The position numbers and the translations under genes are program-made. A DNA stretch of 64,000 nucleotides from Blasia pusilla (lineage: Eukaryota). The stretch is from NCBI GenBank assembly GCA_050084515.1, contig CM114271.1:35464001-35528000 (forward strand). The letters run 5' to 3'. The notes below the pieces were generated by a model. That model had not been told where the DNA came from. It searched no databases and saw only the letters and a list, made by a program, of their open reading frames with translations. Of this stretch, positions 24,985 through 36,930 are shown one piece after another (position 1 is the first letter of the stretch; every line of letters begins with the position of its first letter).

Positions 24985-26519
24985 GGTCTTCATGGCAGCT
25001 GTCTCATTTCTTCATGCCTCTGCAGAGGAGTTCTACAGATGTCTTATCATATATCATTCATGAGGTGTTTTGCTTTTGTTCCGCTTTTAGCAATGTTGTC
25101 GAGCTGATTCGGAGACTTGGCTGGCTCAGCTGTGTCACTCAGCTTAAATTTCACAATTTAGCTGTGCTCTCCTGAATTGCAGAGCATAGAATGGTGCTCC
25201 ACACATTTAGTTCTCTCCACATGCGGGGACTGATGCTTTTCATAAGCAGTCTCTAAGAAAATGGCAGAGGTGTAAGAGTTTAGGATAACTGTGCATTAAA
25301 TAGATGTATCAGTGGAAAAATGTCCTGTGTACAGTACAGTGACTTCGATAGCAGAAGGGCACTTGAAGTGATCAGAATCTTTGTCGGGGCATTCTTCCTG
25401 TAGCTGACAATACTTGACATGCTGCATGGTAGTCAAGAGTCTTCCATAACAGCCCAGTCACCAAGTTTTGTACACGTACATCTTCTCTGGTACAACTCCT
25501 GTAATTTAAGATTTTTGGGAAATACGTTAGCTCTAAATCATCTTCACTATCTTGACAAGTGGAATCATTTTGAAGAGATGGGTTGATGTCTTAACTGTTG
25601 GCTCCTCCATGAGCTTATACTGGTAGTGCTGGATATATATTGGAAGATTTATGACTCATGGGAATGGTGCTATGAAGCTGACTAATTAACCAACATTTCC
25701 GCTGATCGGTCTCTGACTTGCCTCTTGGACATGCCATCACCAGCAGTGGGGCCCGAGATATTCATTCTTTGTCTTGAGGGGGTAGTAGGGGATTGCTCAT
25801 ACCAGCATCCCCCTGACCTATGATAGTTCAGAATATATGGTCTCAACAACTGAAGACTATTCATAAGAATGGGTTGTCATTGGGTGAGGGACATGTCAAT
25901 GGATATGGTGAACAGCAATAACTCAGTTTAAAGTCTTAGTATTTATTTTCTCAAATACTCGGGAAACTCTCCTGGGGATGCTTGCAGTGGATGTTTATGA
26001 ATGAAATTATATGTTGTTTCAAATTTGGTGTGCTGCTACATGGAATGGTCGTTGGCTTTTGTACCGTTATATTTCGATTTAGCTTCTCCCACGATAGCCA
26101 GGACTCCCTCATTTGAACTCTTTATTGCATCGTTTTCAGAGGCTATTGTTTTTAGGCTTTGGATCTCAGGTCGAAGTGGCTTGTGTCATCTCTCCCAATC
26201 TCTGAATGCGAATTGACGATCTCATCAGCTCATTTCCTACTGGGCGATTTTGAGGCCCGGTTATAAATTTTCTGTCCTTGTGCTCACTCAGTGGAGATCA
26301 GCACACATAAACGAAGAACATGATTCATGTTATTGCACACATAAACAATTGAGATTTGCTCAAACTTTTCTTTCTCTTGCTACATAAACAATTCTATCCC
26401 TTTTTAGTCAATTAATTATCAAAGGGTTTGATCGATTTCAAGAGCATATTTATGAGAGCTTGCACCAAATCATCTTTTCGAACATTCTCTTTCAGGCATC
26501 CTCTGACATTCGTTGAGTT

Positions 26520-27016
26520 GGTATGCGTTCATGTGTGGGTACTAGAGAGGGGCGTGGCAAATCCTCTTATTCTTCCATTTTGTCTTCTTTGAAATATATG
26601 CTCGATAGCTTTGCGGTTACGTCTTGGACTTCCCCATCTTTCTCTATTAGGTGTGCCGAATTGTATGCGGGGATCCCATTAATATCACGGGTATCAACAT
26701 TCTTTGATGTGCATATTGTGAAGAACGAGCGGCTACACATGATGTCATCAGAGAGGCAGTAGCATCCGTGGCTCGTATTGCAGGATACACTGTTGGGTAA
26801 GAGCAACTCCAAGTTTTACCTTCAACCATACAAGAAACCTCTCTTCGGAGAGTTGATCTTGTTATGTCTCGAGGTGGATTCCGGAAACTAGGTGTTACGG
26901 TGGTTATTGATCCAACACGTTCTGACTTGGCGTATCGAGCCGCACTTACCAAAGGTTCGGCGTCCGAATCTGCTACAAGAATCAAGGAGTTAAGTTTTGC
27001 TGTGAGACATGCGATT
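26520..27016 (+). mobile_element. CRE/RLE-type non-LTR retrotransposon 3' fragment, left part
   Basis: Translates to a decayed Zn finger then EERAATHDVIREAVAS..RRVDLVMSRGG..VVIDPTRSDLA..SATRIKELSFAVRHAI, a restriction-like endonuclease domain; the frame resumes at 34050. Confidence 0.75.
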
Positions 27017-29957
27017 TGTCACGTCTTTTAGGATAGATCGGTGAGATCTAGTAGAGCGCTTTCGTGAGTAGTGGAGGACACGTTCAATAGGTCGAGGATG
27101 ACCTGCTGAAGCTTCGTTTCGGCTCATTTGGAACCATATTGAGAAACTTACTATTTTAGTTAAGTACCATATTGAGTATATGATCGACTTTCTATTTTTG
27201 GTAAATGACTTTTGACCTCCTACATCTTGGGAGAGGGGAGAAGCATACCTCAAGGAGAGAGAGCTTGAGAGCTCATTATCTTTTTGTTGAACCTCTTGGC
27301 ATGAGGCGGCGGAGCTATGCTCCCTTGCCTTATGAGTGTAACCCAAGTGTCTCATTAGGACAGTGGGTTTGGTTTGACACGAGAGAGAGTGCACACTTTT
27401 GAGAGCTATGGTATGAGATGGTGTAGAGAGAGATTGGATCTTACTTTATAAAGAGAGAATGAGAGAGTGAGAGAGCTTCATGGGGGAGCTCGCTGGTCAC
27501 TCGCTGTTTTTGCAGGTTGGGGATCGTGTTCCCCGTTCAGCGGCTCATGGGAGTGCTCACCGGAGCAAGGGCTGCTTTGATTGTTCTTTGCATTTGCCGA
27601 TTTTTCGTGTGGAAGAGTGGCGCGCGGAAGCGTTGCCCAATTTGTGATAGGGATTGATCATGGGGGTGGGTTGCCCCATACCGGTGCTCCCGGGAGCACC
27701 ATATAGCTTGCTGATTTGTATTTTTACAGGTTTTACATTTTGGTTGGGAGAAATTAGCGCGGAAGCGTTGCCGAATTTTGTGTAGGAGAAAGAGACATTG
27801 GACTTTACGAAAGTCCCCTTCAGTTTTTACTAGAATGTCCAATTCCAAATATTTTTTGACGTTTTTGTAGATCGTGAAGCTGTGCGCGTTGTGCAACAAA
27901 CGGTGCGCAATTTGGAGTTGCGAGTAAAAAGTTACGGTCAATCTTGCAAAATTGCCATTGCTGGGCGATTTTTAGGGTTAAATTGTTCAAACCCTAAACC
28001 AGCCGCCACGTCGGCGGCGGCCGTCGCCGTCATAGTCACCGTTACCGGTCAACGTCGATGGTCAACCATCACCGTCAACGGTCCACCGTCCATCGGCCAC
28101 CGTCGGCCGTTGCCCAACGTTGCTCGGAGCTGCATTCGACCGTTGTCCACCCTTTGGTTGCCATTGTGGCCATTACGAATTGGAGGGTCTTCCACGACCA
28201 CCGTTGATTCTTTGACTTGCACCGCCACCACGTACTTTGGTTTGGCCACCACCGTCATCGCAGTTTCGTCATCAACCAGTGATGGTAGATGACCTCCGAT
28301 TATGGTGTTTGAGTTTTGATTTCATGCTGCTAAGTTGTGATTGGTAGCCGCTCGACGACGATCGAGTACCGTGCCGTAACGCCTGTAGCCGCAACGCGCC
28401 GCCGATTGCCACGCCGTACCGCTCGTAACCCCACCGCACCGTCTCAATCGCGGAGCCGCACCGTCATTGTGGAGCGGAGTGTGGGTTTATTGTTGATTGA
28501 GGAGGGTATGCCGTCGAGTGCCGCATCCCACCATCGAGGGCCGTGCCGTTCGTAGCCATTCCGTGCCGCCTACAACGCCGCACCATTCTACTGGAACCGC
28601 ACTGTCCATCAAGGAGTTTTAAGCAGCGTCAGTACGGGAAGAGTATGACTTGCTGATTGGAGGAGTTGTCTCCAGGACCGAGTTGGGGTCGGAATTTGCA
28701 ATTGATGAGAAGTGACATTGACATGTGTTCAGGTTACCCATTCTGGTCCTTTATCCTGCACGTGTGAAGGATTCTGGGATTTGGGTAGTTTATTTGGGGA
28801 TATTGGGTGTGTGGATGCTGAGAGCATCATTTATGTATGTGGTTTAGGGGACATAGACTTGTGTGGGATGTCCAGAGTTGAGGGTAGGTTGTCGATGAGA
28901 TGATAGCCTGGTCGATTTTCCGCACCACGCCGCTTGTTGCGGCACGTTACACGTCTCAGGGAGGGAGAATGTAGATCGAGTGCCGCATGTTTGGGATGAG
29001 TGATTGAGGGATTACTCGCGAGGTTGAGAGTGATCGTATGAGAGGGGCACGAGGGCCATCACGGCGTCCTTTTAGGATTTTGAGAGGCGAGGTAGTGGAC
29101 CTGAGAGTAGCTCTGGAGGGTTTACCGGGAGTGGTACGAGGTTTCGAGGGTCTCCACGTGAGAGACCACCTCGATCTCCTTCTGTGTCGTCTTCAGACGA
29201 GCGGGAGCGTGTAGAGGAGTTTGTAAGCACATCGCCACACATTGTGAGTGGTCCTACCAATTGGGCGTACGAGATGGACGATCAGGGTAGAGGACCGCGC
29301 AGGGTTTCAAGTGCAGCAGGCACGATTTCACAGCAGAGTTTAGGAGTTGGTGCGACTCCCAGCGGGCCAGGAGCTCTAGAGAGTTCAACCCATTTACAGC
29401 ATGGAACGGTATGTTCCAGCATTTAGAGGGGGTGCCCATGGACGATTACCATGAGTTCTCTCAAAGATATGCACGTCAGATCGAGGCGTGGAGGCTCTAC
29501 TATGACCCACATTATGTATCATGGACGGAGCCATTCCCAGATGAGGAGGAGCAGTCAGGAGAGGCTACTTCCTCTTCCACTAGTGACGTTTTAGGAGGGG
29601 TCACTCGCACGGGAGCAGTTGCACCGTCTAGTCGGGTTCGTCCCAGGTTGAACCCTGTGGTTGAGTTCTTTGCTGAGTTGAGGGCGAGCTACCAAGGGGT
29701 ACGGACGCAGAAGTTGCGGAGTATCCACGAATTCCAGAGGCGCCCGGATTAGAGATTGCGTGAGGCTTACACTCGCTTGCGCCGGTTGATCAACGTCACT
29801 CAGGGGTGACAGAGGCTCAGGCTATCCAATCATGATACGTGATGCTGGACTGGACCCTACGGACACGCGTGCGGGAGGGGGTGCTTCTTATGAACACCTC
29901 CCCTACGTTGAGAGATGTTTTTAGGATCGCTGAGAACATTTAGCGCAACCTGGCGGA

Positions 29958-30573
29958 TGTCACATCTGAGTAGCCGATAGGCCGAGATCTATCGTGGATA
30001 GGGCGTAGGAGCCAGCGGACTATCTTGAGTGTAACTTTGTCCCATAGTGTCGGATGAGGTTGAGGATAGGTCCATTGTGTCAAGAACGTCGTTTCTGACG
30101 ACTTTCATGTTGAGGTCTTTTACAGCCGGGTGACTTGTTGACCAGGTCACCTGCCCCTGGTAATTTGTGCGCGCAGGTTACCAAGGGAAGGGCTATTTTT
30201 AGGAGAAGAGCCTTTTGGCTCTTCCCAACCTATGTAAGAGAGGAAGATGGCTTTCCTAAGCCATCTTTCTCATGTTGGGCCGTTGGAGCACCTCCCTTGT
30301 ATCTGTGTGAGCTAGGACTAGGGTGCTAGCGTCCGGATTCCTTGATAGCACAGGGTGGACGAGGCTCGATATGCCGATGTAGATTGAGGAGTGGAGTTTT
30401 AGGCCGGGTGTGCCGTTTTTACTACTCTTTATTTTGTTGAGTGATCTCCATGTATATGTATGAGTTGATTTTTGTACATGTGTGCATCGATCCGTGTATG
30501 GGGAAGATCGGTGTTGTGTGGTGTAGATGTGACGAGCGATGTATGTTGTGTAGCGATATGTATGCGCACGACA
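29958..30573 (+). mobile_element. Nested solo LTR in gag, 4-bp TSD CGGA
   Basis: TGTCAC...GCGCACGACA; CGGA at 29954-57 and 30574-77. Removing it restores gag NLAEESVATMG. Confidence 0.85.
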
Positions 30574-31819
30574 CGGAGGAGAGCGTAGCCACCATGGGTT
30601 CTGGGTGAGAGTAGTCACGATTGACTGCACTACTTGTGCAGCAACGTGGACTCCGAGATAGGTCGACTGTGGCACCAGGAGCTCAAGGAGGATACCGGGA
30701 GGCTGTGCCATGGATGACAGGGGTAGAGGACCGCATAGGTTTTCGGGTGCTGTAGGCACTATAGAGGGGGGCTGGTATTCTGGTAGGAGAGAGGAGAGGA
30801 AGAGAGGAAGAGAGGAGGGTCTTTTTAAAAAAAAAGGGCCAAATCTGCCTCCTCTCTTCAAAACTTTTTGACATATAGAGACCTGCGCCTTCATATGCGG
30901 CTCAGCAGCAGCCGCCTACTATTACTTGTTGGTCATGTGGTGGAGCCCATCATCAACGCGATTCCACTCGTTAGGATCATGGACGTGTGCCTCCGCATGG
31001 AGGAGGAGATTGTGCTCAGAGGTATCTGAGAATAGTCACACTGATACCTCTGAGTTATCAGTGTGACTATTCTCAGAGGTATGGTCATAAACGCGCTAGC
31101 TGTTTCAATTTACCTCCTGAGTTACGTTCGGACTGAGGGCCTGAGAGGGCACCAGAGCGAGTAGCCGGTCCGGGTGGGCTAGAGATCGTGCACCAGGTGG
31201 TCCCGTTGGGGGCCGAGGAGCTGGAGTTTCCCGACAGGGTGGTGGAGCTCCCGTGGAGGAGGTGGAGTCCTACCACCTAGACACGTCGAGGGAGATGCTG
31301 GGCTTGAGGCTAGGATGGCTGCTCAGATACATCAGCTATAGGAGCAGATTGCCGCTATGGCATTGAGATTAACCGATGCCGGATCCGTGGCATTGACATC
31401 ATATGGAGTATCTAGAGATATGGAGGATCCTGGTTGGATGTGCGGGGTTGCCTAGATGGAGGCCGCCGCAGTTGTGATGCGTGGAGCAGCCGCAGAGTTG
31501 GATCCACAGCGGTGGAAAGCCACAAAACAGACTAGTCTTCCTCAATGTTTCACGTTGTCCAAGGCGATGAGGACCCCATTGATGGGTCCTGATCAGAGTT
31601 TGTGGAGAGTTGGTGATGTTATTGGTGTGCAAGCACGGAGGGCGATGGGAGAAGCAAGTGCGACGACTCCTATTGTTGATGCTCAGGAGGGGCATGTGTC
31701 GAGCACGTTGTTGGGGGCAGCCACCATTGTGTACCGCGCTTCTTTATTTTTTGCTTCCGATGTTATGACGTTGGGGGTACGCCCGCCAAAGCTTTTCGGC
31801 TGGCCGCTACGCTATGCAG

Positions 31820-33115
31820 AGTACGCGTAGTGCCGCATCATTTGCAGAGAGCACGACTAGTGCATCATGCCCACGAGGAGTTGGGTCACTTTTAGGTGAA
31901 GCGGACGTACAGCTTGCTCTAGGTTCAGTATTGGTTGCGAGGCATGCAGATTGACGTTCAGTAGTTTGTTGCCAGGTGCATGGTGTGTGATCAGGTCTGA
32001 GCATCGTTCAATGCTTCGACTCCACAGTTGCATCCATTACCGATCATGGGCTTAGGGTATAGATGGAGTTTGGATTTTGCAAGACCTTTGCCTTTGACGG
32101 AGCATCACAATCGTTATGTGTTGGTGATGGTTGAGTCGTTATGTGTTGATCCACTTCTCGAAGTGGATCGAGTTGATTGCATTGCTTGACAAAGCGAGTG
32201 AGGGAGTAGCTTATGCCTTCCTTGACGGAGTGATGAGTCATTATGGCGCACCGGATGAGGTGTTGACAGACTAGGGTACTGAGTTTCGTGGTGAGTTCCA
32301 GGCTTTGTGTGATCAGGCGCTGATCGACCATTGCACGACTTCGCGAGATCATCCTGAGGCGGATGGATTAGCAGAGAGAGAGTTGTGGAGACGTTGAAGA
32401 GGGGTTTACGCAAGTATGGCTTGGAGAGAGATCACCTAGGAGATTGGGATCTCTAATTGCCCTGATTGGCGATGGGATACAGATTCAGCAGGCAAGCATC
32501 CTTAGCGTTTTTTTCACCGTACTTGCTACTTTATGGCCGAGAGCCAGATTTACCTACGGCCATTCTTCGAAATGTTGGACCTTGATGACCCAGATGTATG
32601 GATGCGAGCATGTTCTCAAAGGGCTGAGTTATTTCGGAGAGTGATGCCCATGGCGTTCGAGAACTTGGCGATTGCGCAACATCGGGATACGTTGAGGTAT
32701 GCGACTATTCGGGGTGGTGGTTATCGACCAACTATCCAAAGATTTCATCAAGGAGATTATGTCTACTTGCAGCAGACGGCACCGACGACGTTGGATGTGA
32801 CTGCGGGCGCACTATCCTGAGAGTGCGTGACGTTTTGCCATCCGGTATTCTCTTGTTGGAAGGAGGCAATGGTATGGTATGATATGGAAGGACCATGTGC
32901 GTAATTGTGCGCCATGTCACCTTCCTAACATTGATGGTACAGTAGATCCGAGCTTAGCAGTAGTTCCTGCAGGCTTGCATTGTATGTTGTGTGGTTCTGT
33001 CTGTGGTGCGGCCACGATGCTAGTCTGTGATGGATATTTGAGAGGTTGGCATATGGCATGTCTGACGCCACCTCTCACTAGGGTTCCTCGGGGATGATGG
33101 ATGTGTCCCATATGT
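31820..33115 (+). pseudogene. Integrase with C-terminal PHD finger (degenerate)
   Basis: RVVP..HAHEELGHF..RCMVC..HFSKWIELIAL..HPEADGLAER..; ends [44 protein letters not shown]. Multiple stops and frameshifts. Confidence 0.85.
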
Positions 33116-33437
33116 ACATAGAGGAGATACTAGGTAGGTTTCGATTCTGACTTTTTCTGTGACATGGATGAGAGGAAGGCGACTAACGATGGGGCCACAT
33201 GAGCACCCGACCTTCTTGCTCTTAGCGTCCGAGAGATGTATGTCATGGTAGGTAGGGATAGATGGCTATCTGGAGTTAGAGGGACCTAACTACCAACTAG
33301 GGGGGCGATTGGAGATATTTTAGTACTTCTTGTCTCGTTGTTTGGATGCCACGAGTTAGCATGGGATCGTGCGTGTTTGTGTGTGTGTTCGGTGACAACG
33401 ATTTATGTTGTGTAGTGATGTGTATGCGCACGACAAC

Positions 33438-34049
33438 TGTCACGTCTTTTAGGATAGATCGGTGAGATCTAGTATAGCGCCTTCGTGAGTAGTGGAGGAC
33501 AAGCTCAGTAGGTCGAGGATGACCTGCTGAAGCTTCGTTTCGGCTCATTTGGAGCCATATTGAGGAACTTACTATTTTAGGTAAATACCATATTGAGTAT
33601 ATGATTGACTTTCTATTTTTGGTAAGTGGCCCTTGACCTCCTACATCAGGTCAAGAGCCAAGGAGGTGACTTGGGAGAATAGGTTACCATGGAGAGAGCT
33701 TGGGAGAGAGGAGGGGTATATCTCAATGAGAGAAAGCTTGAGAGCTCATTATCTTTTAGTTGAACCTCTTGGCATGAAGCGGCGGAGCGATGGTCCATTG
33801 CCTTATGAGTGTAACCCAAGTCTCTCATTAGGAGAAGGGGTTTGGTTTGACATGAGAGAGAGTGCACACCTTTGAGAGCTATGGTGTGAGATGGTGTAGA
33901 GACAGATTGGATCTTACTTTAATTTGAGATATTTTAGTACTTCTTGTCTCGTTGTTTGGATGCGATGAGTTAACATGGGATCGTGTGTGTTTGTGTGTGT
34001 GTTCGGTGACAGCGATGTGTGTTGTGTAGCGATGTACATGCGCACGACA
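33438..34049 (+). repeat. Complete LTR (~612 bp)
   Basis: TG..CA ends; homologous to 10403-11017 (minus), 27017-27448, 33309-33435 and 44590-45012 (minus). Confidence 0.9.
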
Positions 34050-34330
34050 AATTGATGGATTTACTCCTTTTGGAGTGGAAGTATTCGATCATTTATATGT
34101 GTCTTTTGATACTTTCTTGAAAACATGTGCTCACCACTCCCTTGAGAATTATCACCTTGCCCCTTTCCGTAGTCCTTCTCTTTCTCTATAGTTACTACTT
34201 ATTTTTGGCAATGTACCTCACTAGCCTTACAACGTGCCCAAGCCTTGGCATTGATACGTTGTGCGGAGGTGGTGGGGGGTCACTCGCCTTGTCATCTGTT
34301 CACGTCTGACCAACCACCAATGTTGTTGTC
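34050..34330 (+). mobile_element. CRE/RLE-type non-LTR retrotransposon 3' fragment, right part
   Basis: IDGFTPFGVEVFDHLYVSFDTFLKTCA..SLALQRAQALALIRCA continues the frame from 27016. Confidence 0.75.
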
Positions 34331-34589
34331 AGATTTGTTTCAAGCTATCACTTGTGTAGCTCGTTGATTTGGTGTTTGCGTTGGCTAGTTGCCATTTTCT
34401 TTTTGCATTCCATTATGCATTTTTTGACTCCTCTTTTGAGATGTTATTACCTTTCTTTGTCCTCTTTTGAGTTTTTTTTTTATAATAAAGTGGATATATA
34501 AACCCATCAGAAGTACAAAGAAGAAGGAGACTCATAGAGAGGGAAGCTTCAAAGTCTCATGTCGTGCAATGACATTTTTGCCCACGTAG

Positions 34590-34918
34590 GAGGTAGAGTC
34601 CCACCACCTAGACGCGTCGAGGGAGATGTCGGGTGTGACGCTAGGATGGCTGCTCAGATACATCAGCTACAGGAGCAGATTGCCGCTATAGCATTGAGAT
34701 TACATGATGTCGGATCCGTGGCATCGACATCATATGGAGTAGCCAAAGATATGGAGGATCCTGGTTGGATGTGCGGGGTTGCCTAGATGGAGGCAGCGGC
34801 AGTTGTGACACGTGGAGCAGCCGCAAAGTTGGATCCACAACGAGGGGAAGCCAGGAAACAAACTAGGCTTCCTCAATCTTTCACGTTGTCCGAGGCGATG
34901 AGGACCCCATGGATGGGT
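34590..34918 (+). repeat. Duplicated ~330-bp gypsy internal fragment
   Basis: Close copy of ~31260-31588 (gctgctcagatacatcagcta..gatatggaggatcctggttggatgtgcggggttgcctagatgg). Confidence 0.9.
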
Positions 34919-36379
34919 ACATCGGTTGCCACCATCTAACTATGTATATTATCAATCATAACACATCAACATATGAATGATTGGAAATACTCCAATATAA
35001 AATTAAATTATGCATACAATTTCAGAAAATAATCATGTTCTTGATATAAATCTGATTTATTATGTGCTAACACAACATTCACCCCCAGTATGGCTCAACA
35101 CTCAATGATACAGAATGCGATAAGAGTAAGAGATGCGAAATATCCAATAAACTATAAGAGGATGATCTCTAATCAATCTTGATCCATTCTTACTCAAGAT
35201 AATCCAATATAACAGTATAACTTTGACGTAGCATGAATCACAACAAGAGTTTGATCCAATGAAGATGAACTCCAAATAAGGTTTACCATGGGTATATCCC
35301 CCTTTCGAAAACTTCATGGTAATATGTGTGCTTAAGTCACCCAGCTAGAGTAGGTCATAAAAGACCTTGGAATACACATGCACTCCCGTTCTTATCAAAT
35401 GTCACTATATGAGAACAAAACCTCACAAAAGGGAACACTCTTCTTGTATGACATATATATCATTTTATACTAAAGATCAAAGTGTCATCACCGATATCAA
35501 AACCCTTACAATATGCCATCAGACACCCAAAAAATAACAACTATCAAAGAATGCTACTCATAAAGGCAAGGATGACCCATATACTTAGGTTAACTCAAAG
35601 GTAGTAGGTCATCTTGACCTCTTAAACTGAGACCTACAATGGATTCCTCAAGGCCTTGATGTAATCTCGTCCACCTCTCTAAAAAGTCATGACATACACT
35701 TGTGGAGGAGAAGGAAAAGGGGATCCTCATAACATTCAACTTTACCAATAACACAAACGATATCAATGACAACTAAATATTAATGACTAAAAAAGATGGC
35801 CTCTAGTAGTGATGTCTCCCTCAGCCTCCAGTAGTTGTAGGAGCATGTTGGCTTGGGTACAACACAAAACAAGAAATGCTCTTATACTCAACAATATAAG
35901 AGCACATTCACTAAAAATAACACAACACAACACAACTTAATCTTCTACGTGGAGAGGGACCTCGCAATATCCCAAGATTTTTAAAGCACAACACAAAACC
36001 TAATGAGATTTGGAAAACCTCCTAAAACAATATGAAAGGGTTACTCAAAGAGATGAGGAATTTCATAAAACAAAACCCGAATAAAGGGGCATGGTATGAC
36101 CCATTGAAAAGTACCCAAGGGGAGTCGAGATGGGAGTAGATATCCTCATTTCATACTTTAAAAAAGTAGAAAAGAGGATGCGAGTCCTTATATTTCACAC
36201 TTAAAACAAAATTTGAAACAATGCTATTGTTTCAAATTGATTTAAACGACCAATTTTTTATAAGAGGGTTGTTTCAAAAAGTGAGCATTCCATTGGTTGA
36301 AAGTGCCGAATATCAAGAGGAGAGTATTCTACAAAATGAAAGGATGCTCTCCAATAATAATATAAAATATAGATAACAA

Positions 36380-36551
36380 CTAGTGGGCAGCCTGTGCCAT
36401 GCATGGGAGTGAAGGGACTAATTATGTTGTACACATAACTCTTTTTCTTGCTACCCTTAGAATGGAAAAAATTTTCTTGTTGCCTGATTGCCACATGTTA
36501 AACAAAGAGGTGTTTGCAAATCAAGAAGGTAATGTCCAATAATAATATAGA
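36380..36551 (-). mobile_element. Mini-Helitron (172 bp)
   Basis: Minus strand 5' TCTATATTATT, 3' CCCATGCATGGCACAGG hairpin then CTAG; flanked by A and T with no TSD. Confidence 0.7.
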
Positions 36552-36759
36552 TGTTCCCTTGGCATATTCCAACTTTTCTATTTCCAAAAGTTTTGAATAT
36601 AGAAAATTCCACCCAAACTCTACCTCCCACCAGCTTCATCTAGGGTGGATCTCACTTTTACTGATGGGACCAAGCCATGAATGAAAAGGTGGATAGAGGA
36701 CAAAAATCTCTTTCGAACGTCCTTGTGAAAACACTGTTTAGAGTAACAACACACCTCTT

Positions 36760-36930
<171 letters not shown>

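Larger units (their letters stand above)
27017..34049 (+). mobile_element. Non-autonomous Ty3/gypsy LTR retrotransposon (gag, integrase-PHD; PR/RT/RH deleted), TSD GATT/AATT
   Basis: TGTCAC...CGACA termini; LTR similarity between 27017-27448 and 33438-33921; gag ~29030-31200 with decayed CCHC; integrase ~31820-32950 (H-H-C-C, WSLDF, EVLTD.GTEF, DGLAER); PPT AGGGGGGCGA ~33299-33308. It interrupts the LINE frame exactly at the TSD. Confidence 0.9.

Noticed and set aside
27017-34049. Classification as a DIRS/Ngaro tyrosine-recombinase element because of the split repeats
   Set aside because: It encodes a DDE integrase and has TG..CA ends, a PPT and a TSD; no YR motif was seen.
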